From Prochlorococcus marinus subsp. pastoris str. CCMP1986 (lineage in GTDB: Bacteria; Cyanobacteriota; Cyanobacteriia; PCC-6307; Cyanobiaceae), in NCBI RefSeq assembly GCF_000011465.1, contig NC_005072.1, positions 1,530,001 to 1,562,000 of the forward strand: 32,000 nt of DNA, read 5' to 3'. Positions 8,457 through 20,452 of the stretch are shown here, in pieces. Below the pieces are notes generated by a model. That model did not search any database. It was not told where the DNA came from and was given only the letters and a program-made list of their open reading frames with translations. The position numbers and the translations under genes are program-made. Positions within the stretch are counted from its first letter, which is position 1; each line of letters begins with the position of its first letter.

Positions 8457-9701
8457 ATGCCAAATTTCCATCGAGTAGTTATTACCGGTATAGGGGCAGT
8501 AACCCCAATTGGTAACAACATTGATGAATATTTACTCGGCCTACAAAAGGGGTCAAATGGAGTTTCAGATATTACTCTCTTTAATCCTGAACAACATCCC
8601 TGCAAGTTTGCAGCAGAAGTTAAAAATCTTCAATCCGAAAATTTTATTGAACCTAAAGAATCTAAAAGATGGGATCGATTTTCACAATTTGGAGTAATAG
8701 CTGCAAAGCAAGCTTTCAATGATTCTGGACTTGAAATAACTGAAGACAATGAATCAAGAATTGGAGTAATAATTGGCTCTGGTGTTGGAGGCTTACTTAC
8801 AATGGAAAGTCAAGCTCAAATATTGAGTCATAAAGGCCCAAAAAGAGTAAGCCCCTTTACAGTTCCAATGATGATACCCAACATGGCGACAGGGCTTGCT
8901 GCTATTGCGTTAGGAGCAAAAGGTCCAAGCTCTGCTGTATCTACCGCCTGTGCTGCTGGATCAAATGCTATTGGAGACTCTTTTAGATTGTTACAGCTGG
9001 GGAAAGCAGATGCGATGATTTGCGGAGGGGCAGAGGCAAGTATAACTCCTCTTGGAGTAGCAGGTTTTGCAAGCGCTAAAGCACTCTCTTTTAGAAATGA
9101 CAGTCCTCAAACTGCAAGTAGACCTTTTGATGCTGAGAGGGATGGATTTGTGATTGGAGAAGGATCTGGGATTCTTGTTCTAGAAACTTTTGAAAGTGCA
9201 AAAAAAAGAGGCGCAAAAATTTATGCTGAAATTATTGGTTATGGGTCAACTTGTGATGCTCATCACATTACTTCGCCTTCTCCAGGGGGAACTGGAGGGG
9301 CAGAAGCAATCAAGCTAGCCATTGATGATAGTTCAATTAACCTTGATCAGGTTGATTACATAAATGCTCATGGAACTAGCACTACAGCAAATGACAAAAA
9401 TGAAACTTCTGCAATTAAATCCATATTTAAAGACAGATCTTACCTCATTCCTGTAAGCTCTACTAAGTCGATGACTGGTCATCTCTTAGGGGGTTCAGGA
9501 GGTATAGAAGCTGTAGCTTGTATTCTTTCTTTGACACATAATTTTGTCCCTCCTACAATAAACTACGTCAATCCTGATCCAGACTGCGATCTTGATTATG
9601 TACCAAATAATGCTAGAGATGCTCAAATAAGAGTTGCTCTTTCTAATTCATTCGGCTTTGGTGGTCACAACGTTTGTCTAGCATTTAGCAAACTTGATTG
9701 A
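8457..9701 (+). CDS. fabF: 3-oxoacyl-ACP synthase II
   Basis: 414 aa, starting 6 nt after acpP. Features are the active-site Cys context (SAVSTACAAGSNAIG), the His pair (CDAHHITSP, INAHGTSTTANDK) and the C-terminal NSFGFGGHN. Confidence 0.95.
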   Translation: MPNFHRVVITGIGAVTPIGNNIDEYLLGLQKGSNGVSDITLFNPEQHPCKFAAEVKNLQSENFIEPKESKRWDRFSQFGVIAAKQAFNDSGLEITEDNESRIGVIIGSGVGGLLTMESQAQILSHKGPKRVSPFTVPMMIPNMATGLAAIALGAKGPSSAVSTACAAGSNAIGDSFRLLQLGKADAMICGGAEASITPLGVAGFASAKALSFRNDSPQTASRPFDAERDGFVIGEGSGILVLETFESAKKRGAKIYAEIIGYGSTCDAHHITSPSPGGTGGAEAIKLAIDDSSINLDQVDYINAHGTSTTANDKNETSAIKSIFKDRSYLIPVSSTKSMTGHLLGGSGGIEAVACILSLTHNFVPPTINYVNPDPDCDLDYVPNNARDAQIRVALSNSFGFGGHNVCLAFSKLD

Positions 9702-9743
9702 TGAAAACCAACTCTGTATTCCAAAATTACCTTACTTAAAACA

Positions 9744-11750
9744 ATGGTCGCTGCATCTGTTTCATTAGAATCACTATGTGTAAATAGTATAAGAATGCTG
9801 GCTGTAGATGCAGTAAATAAATCTAATAGCGGGCATCCTGGCTTACCTATGGGTTGCGCTCCTATGGGTTACGCATTATGGCACAATATCCTCAATCACA
9901 ATCCCAATAATCCAAAGTGGTTTAATAGAGATCGCTTTGTATTATCAGCGGGACATGGGTGTATGTTGTTATATTCTCTTCTGCATCTGACTGGATATAA
10001 ATCAGTTTCCATTGAAGATATTAAAGAATTTAGACAATGGGGATCTAAGACACCTGGACACCCAGAAACATTTGAAACTGAGGGTGTTGAGGTAACAGCG
10101 GGGCCATTAGGGGCAGGAATTTCCAACGCAGTTGGTTTAGCAATTGCAGAAGCACACTTAGCAGCTAAATTCAATAAAAAAGATTGCGAAATTGTTGATC
10201 ATTATACCTATGTAATAATGGGAGACGGTTGTAATCAAGAAGGGATTGCCTCTGAGGCATGTTCACTTGCTGGACATCTTAAGCTTGGAAAATTAATAGC
10301 TCTATATGACGATAATCAAATCACAATTGATGGACGTACAGATGTTTCATTTACAGAAGATGTTTTAAAAAGATACGAAGCTTATGGATGGCATGTGCAA
10401 CATGTTGAAGATGGTAATCATGATGTAAAAGGGATTACCAAAGCTATTGAGAGTGCGAAATCTGTAAAAGATAAACCTTCACTAATCAAAATTTCTACAA
10501 TCATAGGTTATGGGTCACCAAACAAGTCAGATACTGCAGGGATTCATGGAGCTGCGGTAGGAGAAGAAGAAGCTTCCTTAACAAGAGAGTTTTTAAATTG
10601 GGAATATCCTCCCTTTGAAATACCTGAGGATGTATATTCTCAATTTAGACAAGCTATTACTAAAGGTGAAGAGTCTGAAAAAAAATGGAATTTAAAATTT
10701 CAAGAATATCAAAACACATATCCCTCTGAAGGAGCAGAATTCAAAAGAATGATCCAAGGTGAATTACCAGAGAACTGGGATTCAGATCTGCCTTCATATA
10801 CTACAGATGATAAGGGTCTCGCAACAAGAAAACATTCTCAAATATGCCTAGGAGCTCTTGGGCCTAATCTTCCTGAATTAATTGGAGGATCTGCGGATTT
10901 AACTCACTCTAATTACACAGATATAAAAGGAGAAACAGGCTCATTTCAGGCACATTCTCCAGAAAAGAGATACTTACATTTTGGTGTAAGAGAGCATGCT
11001 ATGGCAGCAATATTAAATGGAATTGCTTATCACGATAGTGGATTAATACCTTATGGAGGGACTTTTCTTGTTTTTGCAGACTATATGAGAGGTTCAATGA
11101 GACTATCTGCTCTCAGTGAGCTGGGAGTTATTTATGTACTTACTCATGATTCAATTGGAGTAGGCGAAGATGGTCCAACACATCAACCTGTTGAAACGAT
11201 CCCCTCACTAAGAGCTATGCCAAATATGCTTGTATTTAGACCTGGAGATGGTAATGAAACAAGTGGTGCTTATAAGCTTGCTATTAAAAACAGAAAAAGA
11301 CCTTCTGCTCTTTGCCTAAGTAGGCAAGCCATGCCAAATCAAGAGAATACCTCTATTGAAAAAGTTGCATTAGGTGGATATATAGTTTCCGATTGTGAGG
11401 GGACTCCTGATGTAATATTTATCGGTACTGGTAGTGAACTAAACCTCTGCATTGAAGCAAGTAAAGAAATCTCAAAATTAGGTAAAAAGACTAGAGTTAT
11501 TTCCATGCCTTGCGTAGAACTATTTGAAGAGCAAGATGCTTCTTATAAAGAAAGTGTCTTGCCAAGTAGTATCAAAAAAAGAGTTGTAGTTGAAGCCGCC
11601 CATTCATTCGGATGGCACAAATACACTGGACTTGATGGAATTTGTATTACTATGGACAGGTTTGGTGCATCAGCTCCTGGTGGAAAATGTATGACTAGTT
11701 TTGGATTTACAGTTGAAAATGTTGTAAAAAAGACTAAAGATATTTTATAA
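9744..11750 (+). CDS. tktA: Transketolase
   Basis: 668 aa with [13 protein letters not shown], the TPP-binding [13 protein letters not shown]...DDNQITIDG, and [17 protein letters not shown]. Confidence 0.95.
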   Translation: MVAASVSLESLCVNSIRMLAVDAVNKSNSGHPGLPMGCAPMGYALWHNILNHNPNNPKWFNRDRFVLSAGHGCMLLYSLLHLTGYKSVSIEDIKEFRQWGSKTPGHPETFETEGVEVTAGPLGAGISNAVGLAIAEAHLAAKFNKKDCEIVDHYTYVIMGDGCNQEGIASEACSLAGHLKLGKLIALYDDNQITIDGRTDVSFTEDVLKRYEAYGWHVQHVEDGNHDVKGITKAIESAKSVKDKPSLIKISTIIGYGSPNKSDTAGIHGAAVGEEEASLTREFLNWEYPPFEIPEDVYSQFRQAITKGEESEKKWNLKFQEYQNTYPSEGAEFKRMIQGELPENWDSDLPSYTTDDKGLATRKHSQICLGALGPNLPELIGGSADLTHSNYTDIKGETGSFQAHSPEKRYLHFGVREHAMAAILNGIAYHDSGLIPYGGTFLVFADYMRGSMRLSALSELGVIYVLTHDSIGVGEDGPTHQPVETIPSLRAMPNMLVFRPGDGNETSGAYKLAIKNRKRPSALCLSRQAMPNQENTSIEKVALGGYIVSDCEGTPDVIFIGTGSELNLCIEASKEISKLGKKTRVISMPCVELFEEQDASYKESVLPSSIKKRVVVEAAHSFGWHKYTGLDGICITMDRFGASAPGGKCMTSFGFTVENVVKKTKDIL

Positions 11751-11757
11751 AATTAAA

Positions 11758-13140
<1,383 letters not shown>

Positions 13141-13177
13141 TTAAATTGTTTATTACTAGAGTTCGATCAAATTGAAA

Positions 13178-13254
13178 CTTTCCTGCGTCAGTTTTAACTG
13201 TTTCAGGTTCGAAGGGTATGATCTCAGCTAAGTAATTGACTTAGCACCCCTAGT
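13178..13254 (-). promoter_or_regulatory. TPP (THI-box) riboswitch in the thiC leader
   Basis: The minus strand reads CTAGGGGTGCTAAGTCAATTACTTAGCTGAGATCATACCCTTCGAACCTGAAACAGTTAAAACTGACGCAGGAAAG. It contains the conserved GGGGTGC, the P3 hairpin TAAGT/ACTTA, and CTGAGA...ACCCTT.GAACCTGA...GCGCAGG-type core elements. It ends about 50 nt upstream of the thiC ATG. Confidence 0.9.
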
Positions 13255-13321
13255 TATATTTAAAAATAGCTCTTTTTAATAAAAAGTCATCTTATATTCT
13301 CAAAAAATATAGAAAATATTT

Positions 13322-13537
13322 TTATTTAGGTTGTTTATAAGATTTTATTTTGTTTAAGATTTTTTTCCTCTTAATTCCTCTACTAAATTCTTTTTCAGAA
13401 ATTATAAAAATTCCCATCAAACCAATTGGTATATAAAAAATCCTCTTACTTTCTTGCCTTGATAAGAATCCTATTATTGATAAAAGAATCATTAAAGGTG
13501 CCGCAAGTGAAAAGATATTAACTTTTTTAAATTTCAT
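13322..13537 (-). CDS. Small hypothetical membrane protein (71 aa, two predicted TM helices, Lys-rich tail)
   Basis: ORF from the track. It has two hydrophobic stretches (IFSLAAPLMILLSIIGFL, FYIPIGLMGIFII) and lies 18 nt downstream of the amidohydrolase gene on the same strand. I recognise no family. Confidence 0.4.
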   Translation of the reverse strand: MKFKKVNIFSLAAPLMILLSIIGFLSRQESKRIFYIPIGLMGIFIISEKEFSRGIKRKKILNKIKSYKQPK

Positions 13538-13555
13538 TTATATATCTTTATCCCA

Positions 13556-14716
13556 TTAATTATTTAATTTTACTATAGATTCAGTTATTACTTTAACCCC
13601 TACACTAATAGCTCTTTCATCTGGATCAAATTTTGAGCTATGTAGTGGAGCGCAACCTTTCTCACCTGAGACACCAAGCCTAAACATTGCTCCAGGAACT
13701 TCATTTAGAAATTCAGCAAAATCTTCAGCACCTAAGGATGGTTTTTGTAATTCAATAACATTTTCATGACCTAAAATGCTAATTGAGGAGTCTCTTAAAA
13801 CCTTATTTATTACATAATCATTATTTACAGGTGGGACAATCTCCCTGAATTTTACTTTAGCTTCAGCCCCACAACTCCTTGCTATAGAGGAAATATTAAA
13901 GTTAAGCCAATCACCCATATCCCTAAATAATTTCAAATTTGTACATCTTATTGTTCCAGTTAAATTAACCTTTTCAGACAAAATATTATATGCATTTCCC
14001 CCATTTATTTTCCCAAAGGTAACGACGACAGGATCTAGAGGATCTAATTTTCTAGTTATTGCTTCTTGAATACCAGAAATCACTTTGGATGCTGCCCATA
14101 TAGCATCTACACCTTCGTGAGGTCTCGCACCATGTGCTGATTTTCCTAATATTTCAACTTTAAGTTCGCCTGCCGCTGCTGTTAGAATTCCTTCTTTAAT
14201 CCCAATAGTCCCTACCAATAAGTCAGGGAAAACATGCACTCCTAAAATTTGTTTTAACCCAATAGTCACGCCATCATCAATCATCCACCTAGCACCGCTA
14301 GCAATTTCTTCAGCAGGTTGAAAAATTATTCTTGTCCCAAATTTAAGGTTTAAATCCTTAATAATTTTCGCCACACCCAAACCAATACATGTATGTAAAT
14401 CATGTCCACAAGCATGCATGATGCCATCAATTTTTGAAGAAAAACTTAAATTAGTATTCTCGTATATTGGAAGGGCATCCATATCAACTCTCAAACCAAT
14501 AAAACCTTTATCTTTTGGTCCGAAATCAGCTACAACCCCAGTTTTCCCAACTGATTCTGTAACTCTCCCACCAATGTTTTTAAGATAACCACTTATTAAA
14601 ATTGCCGTTTGATTTTCTAAGCCACTTAATTCTGGATGAGCATGAATGTGCCTCCTCATATTAATAAGTTCATCCTTGATTGAATCAATTTTTTTTAACA
14701 ATTTATCTCTTTCCAT
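13556..14716 (-). CDS. M20-family amidohydrolase (N-acyl-L-amino acid amidohydrolase / hippurate hydrolase-like)
   Basis: 386 aa with M20D motifs: RRHIHAHPELSGLE, MHACGHDLH, IFQPAEE, and the GKSAHGARPHEGVDAI metal and dimerisation regions. Confidence 0.85.
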   Translation of the reverse strand: MERDKLLKKIDSIKDELINMRRHIHAHPELSGLENQTAILISGYLKNIGGRVTESVGKTGVVADFGPKDKGFIGLRVDMDALPIYENTNLSFSSKIDGIMHACGHDLHTCIGLGVAKIIKDLNLKFGTRIIFQPAEEIASGARWMIDDGVTIGLKQILGVHVFPDLLVGTIGIKEGILTAAAGELKVEILGKSAHGARPHEGVDAIWAASKVISGIQEAITRKLDPLDPVVVTFGKINGGNAYNILSEKVNLTGTIRCTNLKLFRDMGDWLNFNISSIARSCGAEAKVKFREIVPPVNNDYVINKVLRDSSISILGHENVIELQKPSLGAEDFAEFLNEVPGAMFRLGVSGEKGCAPLHSSKFDPDERAISVGVKVITESIVKLNN

Positions 14717-14719
14717 TTA

Positions 14720-15508
14720 TTATTTCAGAGCTATAAATTTCATCAAATCTTTCGTTGGTTTTTGAGGCCATCTGCGAACGTTTATTAACCATTTCTCATC
14801 AGCATATCTTGAATCTAATTCCGTAACTACAATCCAGTTACTTTCAGCTTCACCAGACATGCCTTTTGACCAGTCCAAGGCTGTTAATGCTGCTCTCGCA
14901 TCAGCAAAAGTTGGATAACGTCTGATCAAATTTTTTAATTCTTTTTCACTCTCTTCCATATTTCCTAATTGGTAGTCAGCCAAAGCCATACTTGATCTTG
15001 CCATAGCAAAACCAGGATTTGATTCTGAAGCTTTAAAAAACAAATTCCTTGCACTCTGCCAATTTGACAAAGACCCTTCAACATTAGCAAAATTATATAA
15101 AGCAGAAAAATTATCTTTATCTTTTGAGATTACATATAAATAATCGTTTTTTGCCTGTAACCAGAGCCCTAAAGATTCTTCTGCTATCCCTCTATTTATA
15201 TAAGGATCAACCTCACCTGGATCTAACTCAATGGCTTTATCTTGATCCTCTATTGCACCTTTAGGATCACCATTAACAAGTTTTATATTTCCTCTATTAC
15301 TTAAAGCTGCTGCATCATTAGGAAATAATTCCAAATACTTATTCCATTGCTTTAACGCGAGATTAAATTCTCCACTGGAGCTTAAATTTAAAGCATTTTT
15401 AAATAAATCTTCCTGTGGGCTTAGTGAATAACTAGGAGTGACATATACGATATTGATTAAAAAGCAAATCAATAAAAGATAAAGCTTAATCTTTCTAATA
15501 CTTTTCAT
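14720..15508 (-). CDS. Exported TPR-repeat protein
   Basis: 262 aa. It has an N-terminal signal-like segment ([21 protein letters not shown]) followed by repeated TPR-like A/N/Y/F patterns ([30 protein letters not shown]..., [30 protein letters not shown]...). Confidence 0.75.
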
Positions 15509-16553
15509 TTCTGGAACTAATGTATTTTTTTCCTAAAGATGTAAGTTTTCTTCCTCGGGGGGTTCTCATAATAAATCCAATTTGAATTAAATATGGCTCA
15601 ACTACAAACTCTAACATTGATGATTCCTCTCCCAAACCTGCAGCAATTGAATCTAAGCCAATCGGATGATTATTATTAAGGTTTAAAAAAGACAAAAATT
15701 TCCTATCTATGTTATCCAAACCTTTATTATCTATTTTTTGAGAATTTAAAGCTTTTTCGATTATCTCCAAAGAAATTTTATTTGTATTTTTTATAACCTG
15801 AGCATAGTCTCTTACTCTTTTTAATAATCTCAAGGCAATTCTTGGAGTACCTCTAGAAATCTTTGCTAACGCGCTACAAGCATCATTTTCTAATTGAAGA
15901 TTAATCAAAGTAGCAAAATTAAAAATTATTTGGTGCAATTCATCATTTGAATAAAGTTCAATTTTGTGACATAGTCCAAATCTATCTCTAAGAGGAGCAC
16001 TAATTGATGCAAGTTTTGTTGTAGCCCCAATCAGAGTAAATTTCGGTAAATTAATTGTTCTGCAGCGAGTCCCTCTATTAGCTCCCATTGTTAGATCCAA
16101 CCTAAAATCCTCCATTGCAGAATATAAAAGCTCTTCAGTTAATTTATTTAAACGATGTATTTCATCAATAAATAAAATCTCTCCTTCTTTTAATCCAAGA
16201 AGTAATCCCACAATATCCCTTGGCCTTTCAAGTGAAGGTGCACTTGCTACTTTACATTTTGTATTCATCTCATAAGAAATCAATAAAGCTAATGTAGTTT
16301 TTCCTAAACCTGGTTGGCCATATAAGAGTGTATGTTCTAATGCCTCTTTCCTATATTTAGAAGCCTCTATAGCTATTTTTAACGAAGATTTAATTTGCTC
16401 TTGTCCAATAAATTCTTTAAAGGAATTCGGCCGAGCTAAATTTAAATTTTTGTTTATTTTTTCTTCAGCAATTATCTTTGAATCAACTAACCTCAGCTCT
16501 TTTCTTGAGCGAGGAATATTAGATTCATCTAAACTTGAAGAAATTATTGCCAT
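15495..16553 (-). CDS. ruvB: Holliday junction branch-migration helicase RuvB
   Basis: 352 aa with Walker A ([11 protein letters not shown]), Walker B (LFIDEIHRL), sensor regions (TLIGATT, RDRFG) and a winged-helix C-terminus. Its 3' end overlaps the TPR gene start by 14 nt. Confidence 0.95.
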
Positions 16554-16605
16554 AATTAAAGATTAATGGCAATTGTTCTTTGGGGAAAGATTTTTTACAA
16601 CTGCA

Positions 16606-17100
16606 ATGGCAAAAGTTTCAAACAAAGCAAATAAAATCATAAAAAAAGAAGCGGTTTTTAAACGACTTTCAGAAAATCGATATGCAAAATTTCAGTATGA
16701 AATACTTGAAACAATCGAAGCTGGAATTGAACTTTTAGGAACTGAAGTAAAATCTATAAGAAACGGCAGTGTAAATTTAAGAGACGGGTATTGTTCTTTC
16801 AGAGATGGTGAAATACTTTTATTAAATGTTCACATATCACCACATAAAAATGTGGGCCCTTTTTTTAATCACGACCCATTACGAAATAGAAAATTATTGT
16901 TGCATAAGAAAGAAATAGTAAAGCTTAAATACAATACTGAAAAAAAGGGATTAACTATTATTCCCTTATCTATTTATTTAAAAGGGTCATGGATTAAATT
17001 AACCATTGGAATTGGTAAGGGTAAAAAATTGCATGATAAAAGACAAGCCGATAAACAAAGGGATATTAAAAGAGAAATAAAAACTGCTCTTAAGAGATAA
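16606..17100 (+). CDS. smpB: SsrA-binding protein SmpB
   Basis: Motifs are [22 protein letters not shown], the H...[17 protein letters not shown] region and a basic C-tail. The track start at 16573 is a TTG. The first ATG (16606, MAKVSNK...) gives a typical length of about 164 aa, so I call that the start. Confidence 0.88.
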   Translation: MAKVSNKANKIIKKEAVFKRLSENRYAKFQYEILETIEAGIELLGTEVKSIRNGSVNLRDGYCSFRDGEILLLNVHISPHKNVGPFFNHDPLRNRKLLLHKKEIVKLKYNTEKKGLTIIPLSIYLKGSWIKLTIGIGKGKKLHDKRQADKQRDIKREIKTALKR

Positions 17101-17125
17101 TAAAGGATATATTTCTTTAGATAAT

Positions 17126-17377
17126 TTAATCAGAGTCTAAACTAACTGAATCGGGTGGAGGAGAAGGATCTGGATCAGCAATTAACATATGCTGCAAGAC
17201 AGTTTCAGGCCTTTCGCTATCTCTCCAGCGAATTCTATAAGCAGGCATCTTAGTACCTCTACTTGTAGTTTGTTCAACTGGTTCCATAACCCAGCCTCTT
17301 CTTGATCGGCCTTGAGGATTTCTTTTCACTACTGCATCTGCGTGCTTGAAGCGGAAACCAACACGTTCACCACTCAT
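17126..17377 (-). CDS. Hypothetical small protein (83 aa): basic N-terminal two-thirds, Pro/Asp-rich acidic tail
   Basis: ORF from the track, with a clean ATG. By hand count it has 112 G+C in 252 nt (about 44%). The two flanking 60-nt lines I counted have 16/60 and 18/60, which points to strong coding constraint. I recognise no family. Confidence 0.65.
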   Translation of the reverse strand: MSGERVGFRFKHADAVVKRNPQGRSRRGWVMEPVEQTTSRGTKMPAYRIRWRDSERPETVLQHMLIADPDPSPPPDSVSLDSD

Positions 17378-17404
17378 TTAAAAATTTTCGTATTGGATCA
17401 GTTT

Positions 17405-18943
17405 TTATTTTACTTCATTCGAGGTTGATTTTTCAGATTTAGTAGAAGTTATTTCTGGTTTTAACAATGGGAAGGTTATGACATCTCTAATTGAAGGACT
17501 ATTTGTAAGTAACATGATAAGTCTGTCAATTCCAATTCCTAAACCTCCTGTGGGCGGCATACCTATTTCTAAAGCTTGTAAAAAATCTTCATCAATACAA
17601 TGTGCTTCAAGATCACCGGCATCTCGCAAAGATTGCTGTAATTGCATTCTCTTCCTTTGATCAACTGGATCTATTAATTCGCTAAATGCGTTAGCAAGTT
17701 CGCGGCCTGCAATAAACAACTCAAATCTCTGAACCATCTCTTTATTTTCAGGATGAGGTCTTGCAAGAGGAGAGATTTCAATTGGATAATCGATTACAAA
17801 AGTTGGTTCGACGAGTTGAGATTCAACCTTTTCCTCAAAAACTTCATTTAAAAGTCTGCCTAAGGTATTTATTTTTGGAGAAATTTCAATATTACTTTCC
17901 TCTAAATCCTTCATAGCTTTATTCAAATCACCATTAAAAGAATCAAAATCAATCCCTGTATATTCCATAACAACATCTTTCATTGATATTCTTTTCCAAG
18001 GCTTTGAAAAATCAATTACCTTTTCTTGATAATTTATAATTAAGGAATCACAACAACTTAATACAATATCTCTGATCAGATCTTCAGTTAAATTCATCAT
18101 ATCAATGTAATTAGAGAAAGCCTGATATATTTCCACTGAGGTGAATTCCGGATTATGCTTTGTACTTATCCCTTCATTACGAAAAATTCGTCCTAACTCA
18201 TATACTTTTTCAAACCCTCCTACCACCATTCTTTTAAGATGTAATTCCGTAGCTATTCTTAAATACAATGGTATGTCTAAGGTATTATGATGAGTAATAA
18301 ATGGCCTAGCTTCAGCCCCTCCAGCCTCAGATTGAAGGATCGGTGTTTCTATCTCTAAAAAATTTTTTTCATCCAACCACCTTCTTATTAGACTGATACA
18401 CTTTGCTCTTGTTTTAAATACATTTTTTGACAACGGATTAACTATTAAATCCAAATATCTTTGCCTATACCTTTTTTCTATATCTGTTAAACCATGCCAT
18501 TTATCAGGCAATGGCTGTAATGATTTGGACAACATTTCCCACTTGGATACTTTTATTGAAAGTTCCCCTTTATTAGTTTTCTTAATAGTTCCATAAACAC
18601 CAATCCAATCTCCAATATCTACGATTTCTTTAAGATCTTCAAAAGAAAGTAGTTTTGCATGAATTTCAAAATCATCAAGAATTTTTTTTTCTAAATAAAG
18701 CTGAATTTTCCCTTCTTGATCAGCAATAGTATAAAAAGCAATTTTTCCCATCACTCTTTTTGCTAAAACTCTTCCCGCGATAGCAACATCTAAGTTAAAA
18801 TCTTGACCATTTTCTAAATAGCCGAATTTCTCAGTGAGAAATTTAGTAGAATGAGTTATTTTAAAAGTTTCTGCGTAGGGTTCAAATCCTTTCTTGACTA
18901 GTGAATTAGCTTTTAATAAGCGAGCCTCTCTAATTTCAGACAA
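17405..18943 (-). CDS. lysS: Lysine--tRNA ligase (class II)
   Basis: 512 aa with an N-terminal OB anticodon-binding domain and class II motifs ([40 protein letters not shown]). Confidence 0.95.
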   Translation of the reverse strand: MSEIREARLLKANSLVKKGFEPYAETFKITHSTKFLTEKFGYLENGQDFNLDVAIAGRVLAKRVMGKIAFYTIADQEGKIQLYLEKKILDDFEIHAKLLSFEDLKEIVDIGDWIGVYGTIKKTNKGELSIKVSKWEMLSKSLQPLPDKWHGLTDIEKRYRQRYLDLIVNPLSKNVFKTRAKCISLIRRWLDEKNFLEIETPILQSEAGGAEARPFITHHNTLDIPLYLRIATELHLKRMVVGGFEKVYELGRIFRNEGISTKHNPEFTSVEIYQAFSNYIDMMNLTEDLIRDIVLSCCDSLIINYQEKVIDFSKPWKRISMKDVVMEYTGIDFDSFNGDLNKAMKDLEESNIEISPKINTLGRLLNEVFEEKVESQLVEPTFVIDYPIEISPLARPHPENKEMVQRFELFIAGRELANAFSELIDPVDQRKRMQLQQSLRDAGDLEAHCIDEDFLQALEIGMPPTGGLGIGIDRLIMLLTNSPSIRDVITFPLLKPEITSTKSEKSTSNEVK

Positions 18944-18993
18944 AATTTAATTCAATATTTATGTTTTATTTAATCAAACTATCAGAATAAGTA

Positions 18994-19740
18994 TCAACTT
19001 GCCAAAGATGTTGCTTTTTCTCCAACTCTTTGCGAAGCATAACCTATTCCTCTAACAGTAAGTATCAACTCAGGATTTCTTGGATCTGGCTCTAACTTAC
19101 CCCTTAGCCTAGCCACATAAACATCTACAACTCTCAAGTCAGCTGCTCGTCTTGGAGGATATCCCCAAAGCTGCTCTAGTATTTCAGCTCTTGGAACTAC
19201 CTTACCTGGCTCATCAAATAATAATTCAAGAAGACTAAATTCAGTATAAGTTAAACTAATTCTTTCTCCAGCCCTAGAAACTTGCCTTCTATTAGTATCA
19301 ACTACTAGATTTCCAAATTTCATAACTCCTTTTCCAGAAGGAACCTCTTTAGTTTCAGTAACTGTAATACTAGGACCCATACGCCTTAAGATTGTGGCTA
19401 TTCTGGCTTCTAATTCCTTAGGACTAAACGGTTTTGACAAGTAATCATCAGCTCCTAAATCTAGACCGGCTACTCTTTCAGAGATAGCCTCTAGAGCAGT
19501 TAAAAATATTATAGGTACAACTGATTCAGCTCTGATTCTTCTACAAACTGCAAATCCATCCATTTTTGGAAGCATTACATCAAGAACTATTAAATCTGGA
19601 GATTCTCTGTGAAAAGCCTCAAGAGCCTCTTCTCCATTGGTGGCTTGGTGAACTTGATATCCTGCTAATTGAAGTCTAGTAACTAATACTTTCAAAACAG
19701 CTGGTTCATCATCAACAACTAAAATACTTGCTTTTGACAT
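18994..19740 (-). CDS. OmpR/PhoB-family two-component response regulator (receiver plus winged-helix DNA-binding domain)
   Basis: 248 aa. Receiver motifs are ILVVDDEP, DLIVLDVMLPKMDG and ADDYLSKPFSPKELEARI. The C-terminal trans_reg_C region reads LTYTEFSLLELL...VDVYVARLRGKLE...ILTVRGIGY. No histidine kinase gene is present in the window. I cannot tell from sequence alone which named cyanobacterial regulator it is. From memory it differs from RpaA and RpaB. Confidence 0.9.
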   Translation of the reverse strand: MSKASILVVDDEPAVLKVLVTRLQLAGYQVHQATNGEEALEAFHRESPDLIVLDVMLPKMDGFAVCRRIRAESVVPIIFLTALEAISERVAGLDLGADDYLSKPFSPKELEARIATILRRMGPSITVTETKEVPSGKGVMKFGNLVVDTNRRQVSRAGERISLTYTEFSLLELLFDEPGKVVPRAEILEQLWGYPPRRAADLRVVDVYVARLRGKLEPDPRNPELILTVRGIGYASQRVGEKATSLAS

Positions 19741-19912
19741 CGGGAAAATTTTTTTTGCTGATATTTCAAGGCAAATTTATTTTGCAATGAACATCTTATT
19801 AATATAATCTAACAATTAAAAATATAACATTATGTACCTTAAATGATAAATTCCTTAAATTTACAAAATTATTTTATTTTTGAAAAAATCCATTATTACC
19901 TTTTAGAATCTA

Positions 19913-20452
19913 TTATTCATCTATAAAGCTTATTAATTTGTCCCTTCCTTTTGATTTTTGGAAGAGCCTAAAGAGTAAGGAACATATTAATGGAGCTAAT
20001 AAACCGGTTATAAAAACTTGAGCAAAAATATTTTTTAATATTGGTAAATACAAAAAAATATTATGGTTATACCAATACTTGAACAAGGCTTGAAAAAAAT
20101 ATAGCGAACCACAAAAAAAACATGCAATAGAACAAATTAAACCAAATCTGAAATGCCCTACAAAAATATTATTTGAAATACTTAACTTTCCAAACCATAT
20201 TCCACATAAAACCAATCCGGGAATTTGTGTGAAATTACTATCAAGACTCAATGAATCTAAAATAAGTCCTAAAAATAAACCAATTATTAAACCATTAAAT
20301 GATCCATAGATCATAGACCATGGCAATAACCAAAATAAAGGCCAATAAGGCTGAACTCCTAAGAATTCCAACCAATTAGGATCCCAAAAATAAACTATTG
20401 GTATAAATAAAAAGGAAAATAAAGATATTTTTTTTTTAAAGTATTTTCCCAT
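19913..20452 (-). CDS. mreD: Rod shape-determining protein MreD
   Basis: 179-aa polytopic membrane protein directly abutting the mreC stop (20453), in the canonical mreB-mreC-mreD order. Confidence 0.7.
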   Translation of the reverse strand: MGKYFKKKISLFSFLFIPIVYFWDPNWLEFLGVQPYWPLFWLLPWSMIYGSFNGLIIGLFLGLILDSLSLDSNFTQIPGLVLCGIWFGKLSISNNIFVGHFRFGLICSIACFFCGSLYFFQALFKYWYNHNIFLYLPILKNIFAQVFITGLLAPLICSLLFRLFQKSKGRDKLISFIDE

